In this document: piece after piece, positions 12,827-26,655 of the stretch
Layout: every line of letters begins with the position of its first letter
Position numbering within the stretch: position 1 is the stretch's first letter
NCBI GenBank assembly: GCA_951406725.2
Contig: OX597820.1
Location: 29,512,001-29,576,000, forward strand
Reading direction: 5' to 3'
Origin: Octopus vulgaris
Lineage: Eukaryota
DNA: 64,000 nt
Program-made: the position numbers and the translations under genes
The notes under the pieces: generated by a model
Told to the model about the DNA's origin: nothing
The model's database searches: none
What the model saw: the letters and a program-made list of their open reading frames with translations, nothing else

Positions 12827-15800
12827 ACTCATTCTTCTAATTCCCAGAATTTTCTCTCAACTCATTTGTGCTCCATCATTCATTCATTGCTAAAATTACA
12901 CATCCAGAGGAATGGATTTACTGTTCCCAGTAAATAAATAAAAATTAATTTTTCTCCAGCCTTCATGCATCCTCCACATTCTATCTCCTTATTTCTCTAC
13001 TATACAATATCACATACGTAAACTGGTTTGCATTTGGCTAAGCTGATCTGAGAGCTGAAATTCCATATTCAACCAGCTTCATCATTCTGGCTGTTCAATT
13101 CTTTGTCCAAACTCATAGAGCAGCCCAAGAAAATGGAACTAGAAGCTGGAAGTCTGTCTGTCTGTTCCCAGTAAATGAATAAAAAGTCAGCATCTTCAAA
13201 TTGGTTTCTTTCCCTTTTTTTTTTTCACCATCCTTTTTTTTTACCAAGATGCCAACACATGAGCATTATCTCCTCTTGTTTCAGGCAGTGCTCCAGCATG
13301 GAGCACTGCCTTTAGTTGAGCAAATCTTCCCCAGGACTTATTCTTTGTAAGCTTAGTACTTATTCTAACGGTCTCTTTTGCCAAACCGCTAAGTTACGGG
13401 GATGTAAGCACACCAGCATCAGTTGTCAAGCGATGCTGTGGGGACAAACATATACACACACATAAACATATATATATATATATAGATATAGATATATAGA
13501 TATATATATATATATATCTTTTCTACTCTAGGTACAAGGCCAGAAGTTTTGGGGGAGGGACCCAGTCGATTAGATCGACTCCAATATGCAACTGGTGCAT
13601 AATTTATCGACCCCAGAAGGATGAAAGGCAAAGTTGACCTCGGCAGAATTTGAACTCAGAATGTAAAGACAAACGAAATACAGCTAAGCATTTTGCCCGG
13701 CATGCTAACATTTCTGCCAACTCGCCGCCTTATATATACGACAGGCTTCTTTCAGTTCCCGTCTACCAAATCCACTCACAAGGCTTTGGTCAGCCCGATG
13801 CTATAGTAGATGTTACTTGCCCAAGGTGTCACACAGTGGGACTGAACCCAAAACCATGTGGTGTGTGAGCAAGCTACTTACCACACAGCCACTCCTGCGC
13901 CTATGTTGTTTTTTTTTTTCTGTTTCCATTTTGTTTCATGTATGCCTGGAAGACATACAATAAAAGATGATGCAGACGGTCATGACAAGGACAATGATGA
14001 CAGCAATGATGATGATTTAACATCCTTGTTCCATGCTGGTGTAGGTTGGATGGTTTGACAGAATCTGAAGAGTTCAAGAACTGCATTATGCTCCACTGGT
14101 CTACGTGGGCATGGTTTCTATGACTGGATGCTTTTTTTTTTTTTTTTATGGTAGCAGCATGAGTGAGGTTGTCAGACAGCTTGCAAGACTACAGATCTCA
14201 GGAGAGGCGACTTTATGCTGGAAGGATTAGAATATGATAAAGGGGACCAGAGCAGAACAGGTTTCTTGTTGTAGAGAAAGTACATGGCTGTTGACATTTT
14301 AGAAGAGAGGTAGGGTGGGATGGAGAAGAGATAAAAATAGTGATGATGAGACTATTGTGTGGGTCTTCAAGATATGAGGTTAGTAGAAATAAAAGAGGGA
14401 AAGAACTAGGAGTGTGGTTGCAAAGTGTATGGGAGAGTGGGAGTTAGAGAATGGGTGAGACAGTGTGTGTGTGTGTATAAAATCAGCATCATTTAATATC
14501 TATTTTCCATGCTGGCATGGATTGGATGGTTTGACAGGAGCTGGCAAGTCAGAAGACCACTCCAAACGTCACTGTCTGCTTCAGCATAGTTCTTATAGCT
14601 TGATACCCTTCTTAATGCCTACTACTTTACAGAGCAGACTGGGTGCTTTTTTTGTTGGACCAGCAGCAGTGAGATCACTAAATAAATCACAAGACAAGCT
14701 GCCCCCCCCCCAGCTGACCTTGTTTGAATTGATTTTTTAAATAATAAAAAAAATTTTAATCCCTTGACGCTGGTATCACCCGAAGCATTCCCTACTCCAT
14801 TCCCTAAATTTGGATATATATATGTACATACATACATACATACATACATACATACAGCAGATTTCTTTCAGTTTCTGTCTACCAAATTCCCTCACAAGGC
14901 TTTGGTCAGCCCAAAGCTATAGTAGACTACACTTACCTAAGGTGAGACACAACCCAGAACCACATGGTTGGGAAGTAAGCTTCTTACCACACAGCCACTC
15001 TTGCACCTGTGGAAGCTATAGTAGCGATGTGTCAAAAAAAAAACTGTATTATTGAAAATTGTGATAACGGTGTAGGAGAAAGTGTTGTAATGGTTTCACT
15101 AGAAGTCATTGTAGGAGCTATGATAGTTGTGTAGCAGGAAGTGTTGCAGTTACTGTGGTTAAGGCATTGTTAGTTCCACTGTTGGCGTAAGACCATTTCT
15201 GTAGTTTCCTTACTATGTGAAAAGTGTGTAGAGTCGTCAGAAATAACATGACAAATCCTGTAAAAATATAACTCAAAAGAAAATATATAATAAAAAAAAA
15301 ATTTTATTTAGAAAAACAACATTTTTTAATACATTTAGCTCAAAGCAATCTCACTACATCCACAATCTTAAAATCTGTTTTGCTTCTTCCTTAAATAGCA
15401 ACACACATTTGTTTGTTTCTCAGTGTTTTAGTGAAAAATACACATTTCATGTGTTTAGTATTCCAAGGTTCTGAATTGTTTTGATTTAAAAAAAAAATTT
15501 TTTTTATCTATTTTATTTTCTGATTTATTGTTGGTTAGTAATTTTAAACAACACCGTGACAGTATTTACGTATTTATTTATTTACTTATTTTAATAACAA
15601 GTGAGTTATGATTTGCATGCAGAAATAATTAACGTACAGATGTTATGTTCCGAAATATGCTGTAAATTGTCCGTACTTTATTGAAGGACTGAAACAACAC
15701 CTCGCCCACAATATAAACTCTCCGTCTCAATTATAATTTTATCATTGCAATACCTTCATGGGAGAGGTTGGGGGAGGGTTGTTTGTTTTTATGCAGGCCT

Positions 15801-18800
15801 AGAGTTAGCAATTTATATCAGCTTGATTTTTTTTTTATATCTGGCACTGATCGGTGAGGGAGTGTTTGAATATCATGTAAAGTCACGATATCATGTAGAG
15901 TGCTATAAAGAATTAATGACTTTGTAACTGAAAGCTAAGTAATATTTAAATGTGTATAAGTATATAGCTAGATAGATATATGTATATAAGTGTGGGGGTG
16001 TATGTATATATACTTGAGTATTTATATGTATGTATGTATATGTACATGCATGTATTCATATATATATGTATGCATATGTACATGTGTATTTATATATATG
16101 TATGTTCACATATGTACGTGTGTGTATGCATATATATATATGTGTGTGTATTTTATATATATATATGTATGCATACATATATACATGTGTGCATTTCTAT
16201 ATGTATGTATGCATATATATATGCATGTATATTTATATATATATAGATATATATAGAGATATATAGATAGATAGATATATATATAGAGATGTATATATAT
16301 ATATTATTCTTATACAAGTATGTTATTCACAGTGACTTCGAAGTTTCACCCAGCTGAGCCATTATCAGATTGCCCATCAGATTAATGTAAAATAAAAACA
16401 AGCATTAATATGTATGTATGCATGCATGCATGTATTATACACACATGCATAGAGAGAAAGAGAGAGAGAGAGGCTGTGTAGTTAAAGTTTGTTTCCCAAT
16501 CACATGGTTTCAAGGTCAGTTTCAATCCCAGTGTGCAGTGCCATGGACAAACATCTACTTTAACCATGGGCCAACCAATGCCTCAAGTGTTGACTTGGTA
16601 TTCAGACAGAAACACAGCATAGATATACATGTGTGTGTGAGAGAGAGAGAGAGAGAGAGTTTGTGTGGTGAATGAGTAAGTGTGTGAGTGAGGGAACGAG
16701 AGAATGAGTGAGTCTTTGTGTTCGCTTACCTTTGCTCTTCTCTGAAAATCACTCAACTACAGGTGGTGATGTTGCTATCACATCTGCCATCAACAAGTTA
16801 TTTGTTGGCTTTGCACTTTCAAAGACATTTGAAATAAAGAGATCCCTTACTTGAAAAAAACAGGTAAGGGTTAGCAACAAGAAATGTACCCACCTGTTAA
16901 ACAATACTTCAATGACATATGCATCTCTTCTGTGCTAGCTTGGAAAAAAAACAAGTATAAAAATGAATTAACAAAAGGTGTACGTGTGTAATGGGCACAT
17001 ACACACACACATTATCATCATCATCATCATCATTGATATGCACACACATACACACACATAGTCCAACCCATGCAAGCATGAAAGTTGGAAGTTAGAAGTC
17101 AATGATGTGTGTGTGTATGTATGTATGTATACAAGAGCGGGAAAGATCTATGTGTGTATAGATTAGATGCAATGTGTATGACAATTCATTACCTATCAAT
17201 TCTTGTTTTTTCTCCAAAATAAGAGACATTTAAAGAAGTACTTATAGCAAATCAGGCATTAGAATTCTTGACACAGTAAACTAATTAAATGTAAATTTTT
17301 GAAAGTATTTCTTGTCTATTTTAATTTGCTTTAGATAAATATTGATGGATGGTTTTCTGGTTTGATATACGCATTAAGTCTTGCTCTGTATATTAAAAGA
17401 AAAACAATGAGATGTTGTGTTGTTCATACATTTACCAAGGACATCTGGTTATATTTTACCAAAAACAAATTTTTTTAAAAATATTTTTTTTGCTTATTTT
17501 CTTATGCTACCTGAGTTTAGTTATTTGCTCAAAGCATTGTGCTACAAGAAAATATAGTTTGAGGGAATGTTTCTTAAAAATGTAGAAGAATGCATCATTT
17601 AAGAATTCATTGCCTTTCAGGTACGAAACCAATCAACAGAGGAAAGCATTAAAAAAAAAAAATCAGTAGCAATGAATGATAAACTATTAATATTTCTGTA
17701 ACTGTTTTTTGCTGGAGGGTTTTTTACCCGAAGTATGAGGAATTAATTATTCTTTTGTTTGTATTGTAAGCTTTCTGTTAAATTCTATTTTGCGAGTGTT
17801 GAGGGAAATAATTTCAATCAAGGATATTTGTTAGGTCTTACCTTGGCTCTGTGTCCTCAAGGCCTGACAGCGTCATAGAGGTGCCATCGTGACACCCTGC
17901 ATATCTTGGGCAATTTTAGACATGACAGAATCCATCCCTTTCCAGATATGACCATCACCAACTTTTTAGAAAAAAGAAAGAGAGAAGAATCACAGTACAG
18001 GACTGATATTTTAATGACCCTGAAAGAACGAAAGGCTAAGTTGACAATTTATACACATACATATATATATATGTATGTATGTATAATAAATCCAAAAGAA
18101 TTGAACAAGAACACAACAGACGACAATAAAACATCTGGACAGATAAAAGATGCAAAGATAGACAGGAAAAAACAAGGATGGATCATTTGCAGCCTCCTCT
18201 CATCAGTTAAGTCACCAAATTATCCTTACAGTTTCGGGCAGTTACACTTGAAACTGTTCAAATCTGGCTGCCTCCAAAAATCTAATCTAAGAGCATTAAA
18301 TTTTGGGGGAGAAAGCTAGCGAATGTGTACGACAACAATGGCAAAAAACAGAGAACATGTTACACAATTACAAATGCAAACAACAGGAAAATAACAACAG
18401 GTATCTTTCAACTAAAAAAAAGCCCATGCTAGCATGGAAAGCAGGTGCTAAATGATGATGATGATATATATACATATATCTTTATATATATATATATATG
18501 TATATGCATGTATGAGTGTGTGTGTGTAAACATCATCACTTAACGTTCCTTTTTACCTTGCTGGCATGGGTTGGCTGGCTCAACATCAACTGATGAACTA
18601 GAGGACTGCACCAAGGTCCAGTCCCTGCTTTAGCACAATTTCTACAGCTGAATGTCCTTCCAAACACCAACCACCTCGCAGTATACTGGACGCTTTTGCT
18701 ATGGCACAAGCACTGGTGATACATGCACAATGCATACATACACTTATACATATAAAATTAAGGATATCTGACAATGCAAAATAACATGTTTCTAGCGGAA

Positions 18801-19360
18801 ACTACCCCCCCATTTGGATAATGTCACATTCTGATAGGGTTAGACAATTCCAGATTTACCTTCAAGCTTGGCAGGGCTGAAATCTAAAGCCTCAGAATCT
18901 AGAGGCTTCCAGTCAAAGTTTATAATATTTTTGACATTGCCTTATAGCCTTTTGAGAAGGATCCTCACAAGCGAATAGGCCTAGGGCCCCTTTTCATCTA
19001 AATCCAGTCCTAGCAGCAAGTTATGTACCGTCATATTTCTGTCTTTACTATTTTATGCTTCTCCTGTATTTCCCTGCTCATGTTACATTGGCTAATATTA
19101 CTAATAGTAAATTTTTGTATTTGAATATCTAACATCAATTATAGAGAATACTTGCTACGCAAAATGATTTTCTGATAACAATGAGTAATAAAATACAAAT
19201 GGCAAGTTCGCTCCCACCCCGCTCTCCTCAGTGTGTGACAGTTGGTGAGAAGGTGGGTAACCACACACATATGGCTTCATACAACCGAACCTCACATTAC
19301 CTTATTTTGCTCTTCACAAAACCACCCTGTGGCCACTCCCAACCCTTAACTTTCAATGGT

Positions 19361-19410
19361 CCAATCAGAATATTGAGCCACTTGCTCTTACTGTATAGTA
19401 TACTATAAAT
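19361..19410. promoter_or_regulatory. CCAAT box (ccaatcag) and TATA-like element (tataaat) in a unique intronic island
   Basis: NF-Y-type CCAATCAG at 19361, TATAAAT at 19404, and GC/CACCC-like boxes at ~19213 and ~19322. Confidence 0.3.
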
Positions 19411-20035
19411 TAATCTATATTATGTGGTTTTATTATGAGAAGTGAATAAAATATGCATGTGTGATTATAATAAATAAACAAGTAATTTTTTTCATGAATA
19501 GAAACTTGACAAAGGAAAGCTAATAATAAATATCTTTATAATTAGATATTGAAAACACATATACAAAACAAAACAAAATGGAAATTGAGAAGTATACATA
19601 CACCCTACGCCCACTCTACATCATTTCCATGGTTTGGTAAAATATCTTACACACACATAGCTGTCCAAATTGACAGTGTGTTAACCTTCCCTGTGAAACA
19701 CCCACATTTGAAATATGATCTGCAAGTGTTACACTGGTTTTATGGCCAACAGATTCAAGCATCATTGTGCCTGTCCACTTAGTTGTATGATATATAGTTT
19801 TTACGTGTCGACATACACACGTGTGTGTGTGTGTGTGTATAGTCACATTCTTTTTTTCTCTCCATTTTTTTACCTCTTTCCAACTGTTTTCTCCCCTTGT
19901 TCCTTTCTGTAGGAGAGCATAGGCTTGAAACATCAAAGACTTCTTCCATTTTTATAACTGTCAAACTAATACATCCTGTTTGTTGTTCCCTCTGCTATCC
20001 CTCTTTTGTATTTTTGTAGCATTTTGGACCATATG

Positions 20036-20066
<31 letters not shown>

Positions 20067-20079
20067 ATATGTATGTATA

Positions 20080-20262
20080 CAGTAATTCCTCGGTTATCAC
20101 GAGTGTTACATTCCAAGACCTCCCACAGAAATAATTAAAATCTAAAAAAATATAAATACCTATGGTTGCAGAAACCCCTGAGGAGTCCACAATATAAATT
20201 TACATATATTAGCCAGAAAAATCTGCAATGTACTGAGTGTGCGATATGGTGAGGGATTACTG
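20080..20262. mobile_element. pogo/Tigger-type MITE
   Basis: TIRs cagtaattcctcg / tgagggattactg, flanked by TA on both sides. Confidence 0.75.
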
Positions 20263-20270
20263 TATATAAT

Positions 20271-20301
<31 letters not shown>

Positions 20302-20823
20302 ATGTATGTATGTATGTATGTATATGATAGGCTCCATAAGTTTTCCATCTACCAAATTCACTTCACAAGACATTGGTCAGCCCAGGGCTGTAACAAAAAG
20401 CACTTGCCCAAGGTACCACGCAGTAGGACTGGACCCAAAATTACAGAGCAGCAAAGGAAGCCTCTTAACCACACACACATGCAAGCAATTGTAAAACTGA
20501 CAAGTGCTTTGTTGACTTAGCCACCCCTTTTTCAAACTGACCATAATACCATAGCTTCAAGAGGATTTCCCTGACATATTCTTACTTCTATTCTTTTTAC
20601 TGGTTTCAATCATTGGGCTGCAGCCACAGAGGGGGAGGGGGAAAGGGCTGCTACCTTTAATGGTTTTAGCTGATTATATATCAACTTTAGTACTTCGATA
20701 TTTCTGTTTTAGCCACATCAGCAAGGGGAAGAATGAAGTTGCTGAAGCATAAAAGGGAGGCATCTGAAGCAAATGGACATGTATGCATGCCTACATATCT
20801 ATATATACGTATATACATACATG

Positions 20824-21110
20824 CAGTTACTCTATCCAGATTACAAATTCAGGTTTATACTTGTAATTATTGGGACACGGGGTATATGTAACACACTGCC
20901 TAAAAATCAATCTTGAGAAATTTGGCTTCTCAAAACCAGAAAGGCGAAGGCTGATTCAAAGACTATAGGTCCATTCCATCACTGGAACTGTAAAAATCTG
21001 TAAAACTTTCCAGAAGTTTATTATTTAAGTATATATGTGCATGTCTAGATATGCAAGTATATGCATGAGAAGACATACGTAAAACAAAACATACAGATCT
21101 GCCCATATAC
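20824..21110 (+). mobile_element. Decayed 3' end of a restriction-like-endonuclease (RLE) LINE
   Basis: Reads QLLYPDYKFRFILVIIGTRG / YVTHCLKINLEKFGFSKPERRRLIQRL*VHSITGTVKICKTFQKFII*, with one frameshift and one stop. VIIG..G is the RLE C-terminal pattern. Confidence 0.65.
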
Positions 21111-21954
21111 ATCATCATCATCATCATCGTTTAACGTCCGTTCTCCATGCTAGCATGGGTTGGACAGTTCGACCGGGGATCTGGGAAGCCAGAAGGCTGC
21201 ACCAGGCTCCGGTCTTATCTGGCAATGTTTCTACAGCTGGATGCCCTTCCTAACGCCAACCACTCCGTGAGTGTAGTGGGTGCTTTTTACGTGCCACCTG
21301 TACTGGTGCCAGGCAAGGCTGGCATCGGCCAAGGTCGGATTGGTGCATTTTATGTGCCACCTGCACGGAAGCCAGGTACATACGTACAAAAATACCTTGT
21401 TGTTGATGTTGAAATTCCAATGAAGGAGCCTTGGATCCAGGTTAAAAACCAGCTCTTTCTCTATTGGCAAGAAATATTGAAATAAAACTGAATAATTACA
21501 TACATACAGACAGACAGACAGCTTTGGCAGCTTCTGTCTATCAAATCTCACTCTCAAGGCTATTGTAGAAGACATTTGACCAACGTTACCACACAGCAGG
21601 ATCAAATCCCAGATCACACAGCCATATCTTAACTGTAAACAAAGTCTTTATTGATAGCTTGTGTCCAATCAATAGGTTATGCAACTCTTACAATGGAATG
21701 GAGGCAAGATACTGTCTTGCCTCTAGAACTCTGGTTTACACATCAATATTAGTCAATGGGTTGATTTATTTGTTTGTTTTATATACTAACTAATGAGATT
21801 AACTTCATTGTAACTAGTAGAATAGTGTAACAAATAGGACTAATTAGAATGTGTGTGTGTACAATAGCTAGTCTTTCGGTCTTTCTCTCACAGACATACA
21901 CGTAGGCATTCTCTATTTTTCTTTCACATATCTACACACAGATACTCTTTGATT

Positions 21955-21986
<32 letters not shown>

Positions 21987-22185
21987 TGTATAGCATATGT
22001 ATGCGTGTGTGTTTGTATATATGTGTATGTGTATATATATATATACACAGATAGATAGATGTGTATATGTATGTATATATATATATATATATGTGTGTGT
22101 ATATGTATGTATATATATGTATATGTATGCATGTGTGTATATATATGTGTGTGTGTGTGTATATGTATGTATGTGTATATATATG

Positions 22186-22239
<54 letters not shown>

Positions 22240-22270
22240 GGCGTATGTAAACAATTTATCTTTCTACTTG

Positions 22271-22312
<42 letters not shown>

Positions 22313-24406
22313 AACTTCATAAGTGCCAACACACAGAACTCTTGGACCTTGAGTCATTCTGTTACTTCTAAATATTAATAAAAATGTGTGTGTATATATA
22401 TATATCAAATACACATGTACACACACGCACACGCATACATAGGATCCTTCCTTCTTCCCTCTTTCTCTTACATACACACACTTGCTTGCACACATATACA
22501 TGCAGGCACAATCCTCTCGATCTCCAGCCATACACGTATGTGTTATGTATGCATGTATAATGATGCTAAAATGCCTGGTTATTGATTACACATGCAAACA
22601 TAGATATGCATAGATATAAAGGTGGCGTTTGAATGTTTAAATATCGATTTCTTTTAACTTGGCACCGGACCATCTTATGTAATGAAGGTCAGGGGGGGAG
22701 GGGGATCGAGTGCGGTGGTGGGTGTGGGTGACAGGTGTGGAATGGTCGGCGGCGGGGAGGGATGCAAGGGCAATGGTTGACTTCATTGACCTCAATATGG
22801 CTACATCTACATCAGTGGCTTCTGAACTTCGAATGTATTGCGAAGAAACAGAATATATTGAGGCATATATTCTTCCAACACCCTGTTGTTTTCTGCCAGC
22901 TCTTTGCCATTCTAGTACCATGCGTACACACACACACACACACACACACACTCTCTCTCTCTCTCTCTTTCTCATGCTCACTCCTTCTCACCCCTCTATA
23001 TATATATATGTGTGTGTGTGTACGTGTGCATATGCATGTATTTATGTAATTGTACATCTTTATATATGTACGTGTATATAAATGTATGTATGTATGTATG
23101 TATCCTTAAACACATTTATACACTCATGATATACATATACGTGCCTACATATTCACTCTCCACACACACACATTCATGTATATGCATATATACAGCTATA
23201 TAGTATTGTTTTAAAGTTTAACTATTGGTACACATACATACACACACACTCTCTCTTTTCATATACACCTACACATACATACATACATTCTCTCCACAAT
23301 TTTGAAAACACACACACACACATTACACTTCACTACAATACACTCATGCTATTCAATGCTGTTTTAATGTTTTAAGCAATTGTATGTAGACTTACAAACC
23401 CACTCACACACCTCCCCCCCCCTCTCTCTCTTTCTGTATCTCTCGCTTTTCCTCTCCCCCATACATACAAACACTCAGAGCATTGTCTAAATGTTTAAAC
23501 TTCCCTCTCTTTATCGGATCAATACTCTGGTTATTGGATCAGCAAGTTGGCTTTCTTGGATTGACAAACAAGCTCACTATTGATCCCCTACCAACTGTTG
23601 CTTTTTCTGCTCTGAGAACTGAAGAATACTCCAGTAATGTGTTGCAACATTGCAAAAAATTTACACAGCTCTACATATTCCAGTGCAGGGATTCCCAAAC
23701 ATTTTCTTCTGATGTGCCCCTTCATCACAACCGAACAGCGACAGTATATCTCATGTGAATAACGTAGTGTAAAAGGATTGAATACCATAGAAGAAACAAT
23801 AGGCATTTCATCATCATCATCATCATCGTTTAACGTCCGCCTTCCATGCTAACATGGGTTGGACGATTTTGAGTGAGGGCTGGCAAGCCAGACGGCCGCA
23901 CCAGGCTCCAATCTTGATCTGGCAGAGTTTCTACAGCTGGATGCCCTTCCTAACGCCAACCACTCCGAGAGTGTAGTGGGTGCTTTTTACGTGCCGCTGG
24001 CATGAGGCCAGTCAGACGGTACTGGCAATGACCTCGCTCGAATCGTTTTACACATGCCACCGGCACAGGTGCCAATAAGGCAACGTTGGTAACAATCACA
24101 CTCGAATGGTGCCCTTTTACGTGCCACCGGCATGGAGCCAGTTGGCTGCTCTGGCAATGATCACACTCGGATGGTGGTGCCACGTAGAAAACACTTGTGT
24201 CAGTTCCACATAAAAGTGCTCATGCTGTGCCACATTAAAAGCACCCAGCACACACACTAAAGTGGTTGGCATTAGGAAGGGCACCCAGCCATAGAAACCA
24301 AGCCAAAATCAGGCTGGAACCTGGTGCAGCTGTCCAGCTTGCAAGCTCCAGTTAAATCATCCAACCCATGTCAGCATGCAAAAAGGGACATTAAAGAATG
24401 ATGATA

Positions 24407-24813
24407 CTCTTTCTCTTTACTCTTCTACTCGTTTCAGTCATTTGACTGCGGCCATGCTGGAGCACCGCCTTTTAGTTGAGCAAATCGACCCCAGGACTTA
24501 TTCTTTGGAAGCCTAGTACTTATTCTATCGGTCTCTTTTGCCGAACCACTAAGTTACAAGGACGTAAGCACACCAGCATCGGTTGTCAAGCGATGTTGGA
24601 GGCGGACAAACACAGACACGCAAACATACACAAACTTACATATATATATATACATATACACAATGGGCTTCTTTCAGTTTCCGTCTACCAAATCCACTTG
24701 GTCAGCCCGAGGCTATAGTAGAAGACACTTGCCCAAGGTGCCATACAGTGGGAATGAACCCGGAACCATGTGGTTGGTAAGCAAGCTACTTACCACACAG
24801 CCACTCCTACGCC
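24407..24813 (-). mobile_element. SINE family A copy
   Basis: Near-colinear reverse complement of 6463-6877. Confidence 0.85.
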
Positions 24814-25986
24814 TAAAATGATGATGATATTAATTTTAATTTAACCTTTTTGATACTAATCTGCCTGATATTACCCTTGGTTCCGTGATACAAATTCCGT
24901 GATAAAAAGTGATCTAAAAGAAAACCCTCAATCAAAATTTCATGTTAATTTATATTCCAAACACCAGTTTAATAAGGAAATAATGTATGTCTGTGTTTTT
25001 GTGTGATCTTGTCTTGACATTACGCAACAGTTGTAAACAAGTTTCACCTTCGTACAAGTTGTGTCGTTCATTTCCAGCCTCCTGTGAAAGCATGTCCAGA
25101 CATGGGGTACAGTTACTCTGCTTGGAAATGGGTGTGGGTTGACGACAGCAAAGGGTGGGCCAAGCTGTAGAAAATCTGCTTCAATGAATTCCGTCTGTTC
25201 CATGCAAGCATGAAAAAAGTGGGCATTAAAACAATGACGACAACTGTGGTAATGATGATGATAACGATGATAACGATAATGACTGTGATGATGATGATGA
25301 TGACGACGACGACGAAGACAATGATGATGATCTCCTTTAGGCACTAAATGCTATCACTAAACTTGTTGCAGAGATTTACACCTGAACAAGCTAAAATGTC
25401 TAATACAAGATTCAAATATTTCCTAGTTTCGTTTATTCTTTTTTCTTATTTTTTCAGTTACCTTTTTTTTGTTTTGTTTTCTTTAAATTTATTCTTCACT
25501 GATTCATTCAGTCATTCATTCATTCTTGTGTAAAAAGGATTTCATCTCAACACTGCAAACCATTTAACCACAAATCAGTTTTCCAGTTAGTTTAGCATTC
25601 TATTAAAGCTCACTGAGTTGTATGCTCTCTCTCTCTCTCCCTCCTCAGTGTATTTCTGTCTTTCTCCACCTCTGTCTCTTTCTTGCTTTCTTCCTCCCGC
25701 CTTCCCTCTCTCTTACTCTCTCTTCTACTGTTAAATGAGGAGGTGCTAAGAGGATCTCATCACTTCACCTTCTGAACATCTCAGTATAGTGTCAACGACA
25801 AGATTTGAACTCAAATCTCTTCGGTCAAAAGGCCACCTCTTTATTCACACAACTGTCCTGACTATTCACCTCTCTATTCATACACCTAACCCTAATGATC
25901 CCGACTCCTCCATCTTCAGGAGAATATTCACAGAAAAATAGAATAACAGTAGTATCCATCTCTCCATTTTCCTCTTTATTATTACT

Positions 25987-26655
25987 AAGGCAGCAAGCTG
26001 GCAGAAACATTAGCACACTGGGCAAAATGCTTAGTAGTATTTCTTCTGTCTTTACATTCTGAGTTCAAATTCCACCAAGGTCGACTTTGTCTTTCATCCT
26101 TTGGGGATTCATAAAATAAGTTCCAGCCCAGCACTGGGGTCGATGTAATCGGCTTATCTACTCCCCCAAAAAACTGCTGGTCTTGTGCCAAAATTTGAAA
26201 CTATTATTAGTATTATTAATTAAGGTGGTAATAATGGCAGAATTGTTTACACACCAAGTAAAATGCTTAGCAGCATTTCATCCATCCTTAAATTCTGAGT
26301 TCAAATACCACCGAGGTCGACTTTGCCTTTCATCCTAAAATAAGTACCAGTTGACACTGGGGTTGATTTAATCGACATACCCCCCCAAAAAAAAAAAAAA
26401 TTGCTGGCCTTGTGCTAAAATTTGAAACTATTATTAGTATTATTTAAGGTTTTTGAGCTGGTAGAATCATTAACATGCCAGGCAAAATGCTTAACAACAT
26501 TTCATCCGTCTTTACAGTCTGAGTTTGAAATCTACTGAGGTTGATTTTATCTTTCATCAATCTGGGAGCAATAAGATAAGTACCATTGGAACCCTGAGGT
26601 CAATTTAATCGACTAAGCCCCTACCCTGAACTTACTGTGCCAAAATGTGAAACCA
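25987..26655 (+). mobile_element. Head-to-tail trimer of family B SINEs
   Basis: Three consecutive ~220-bp units start at ~25987, ~26222 and ~26446, separated by attattagtattatt spacers. Confidence 0.75.

Noticed and set aside
21147-21485. Recurrent LQLDALPNANH / MPFLTPTT ORFs that look like a gene family
   Set aside because: They are translations of the non-coding family D retroposon tail.
23483-23806. Overlapping 91-aa (+) and 72-aa (-) ORFs in unique sequence
   Set aside because: There is no recognisable domain and no convincing splice sites.
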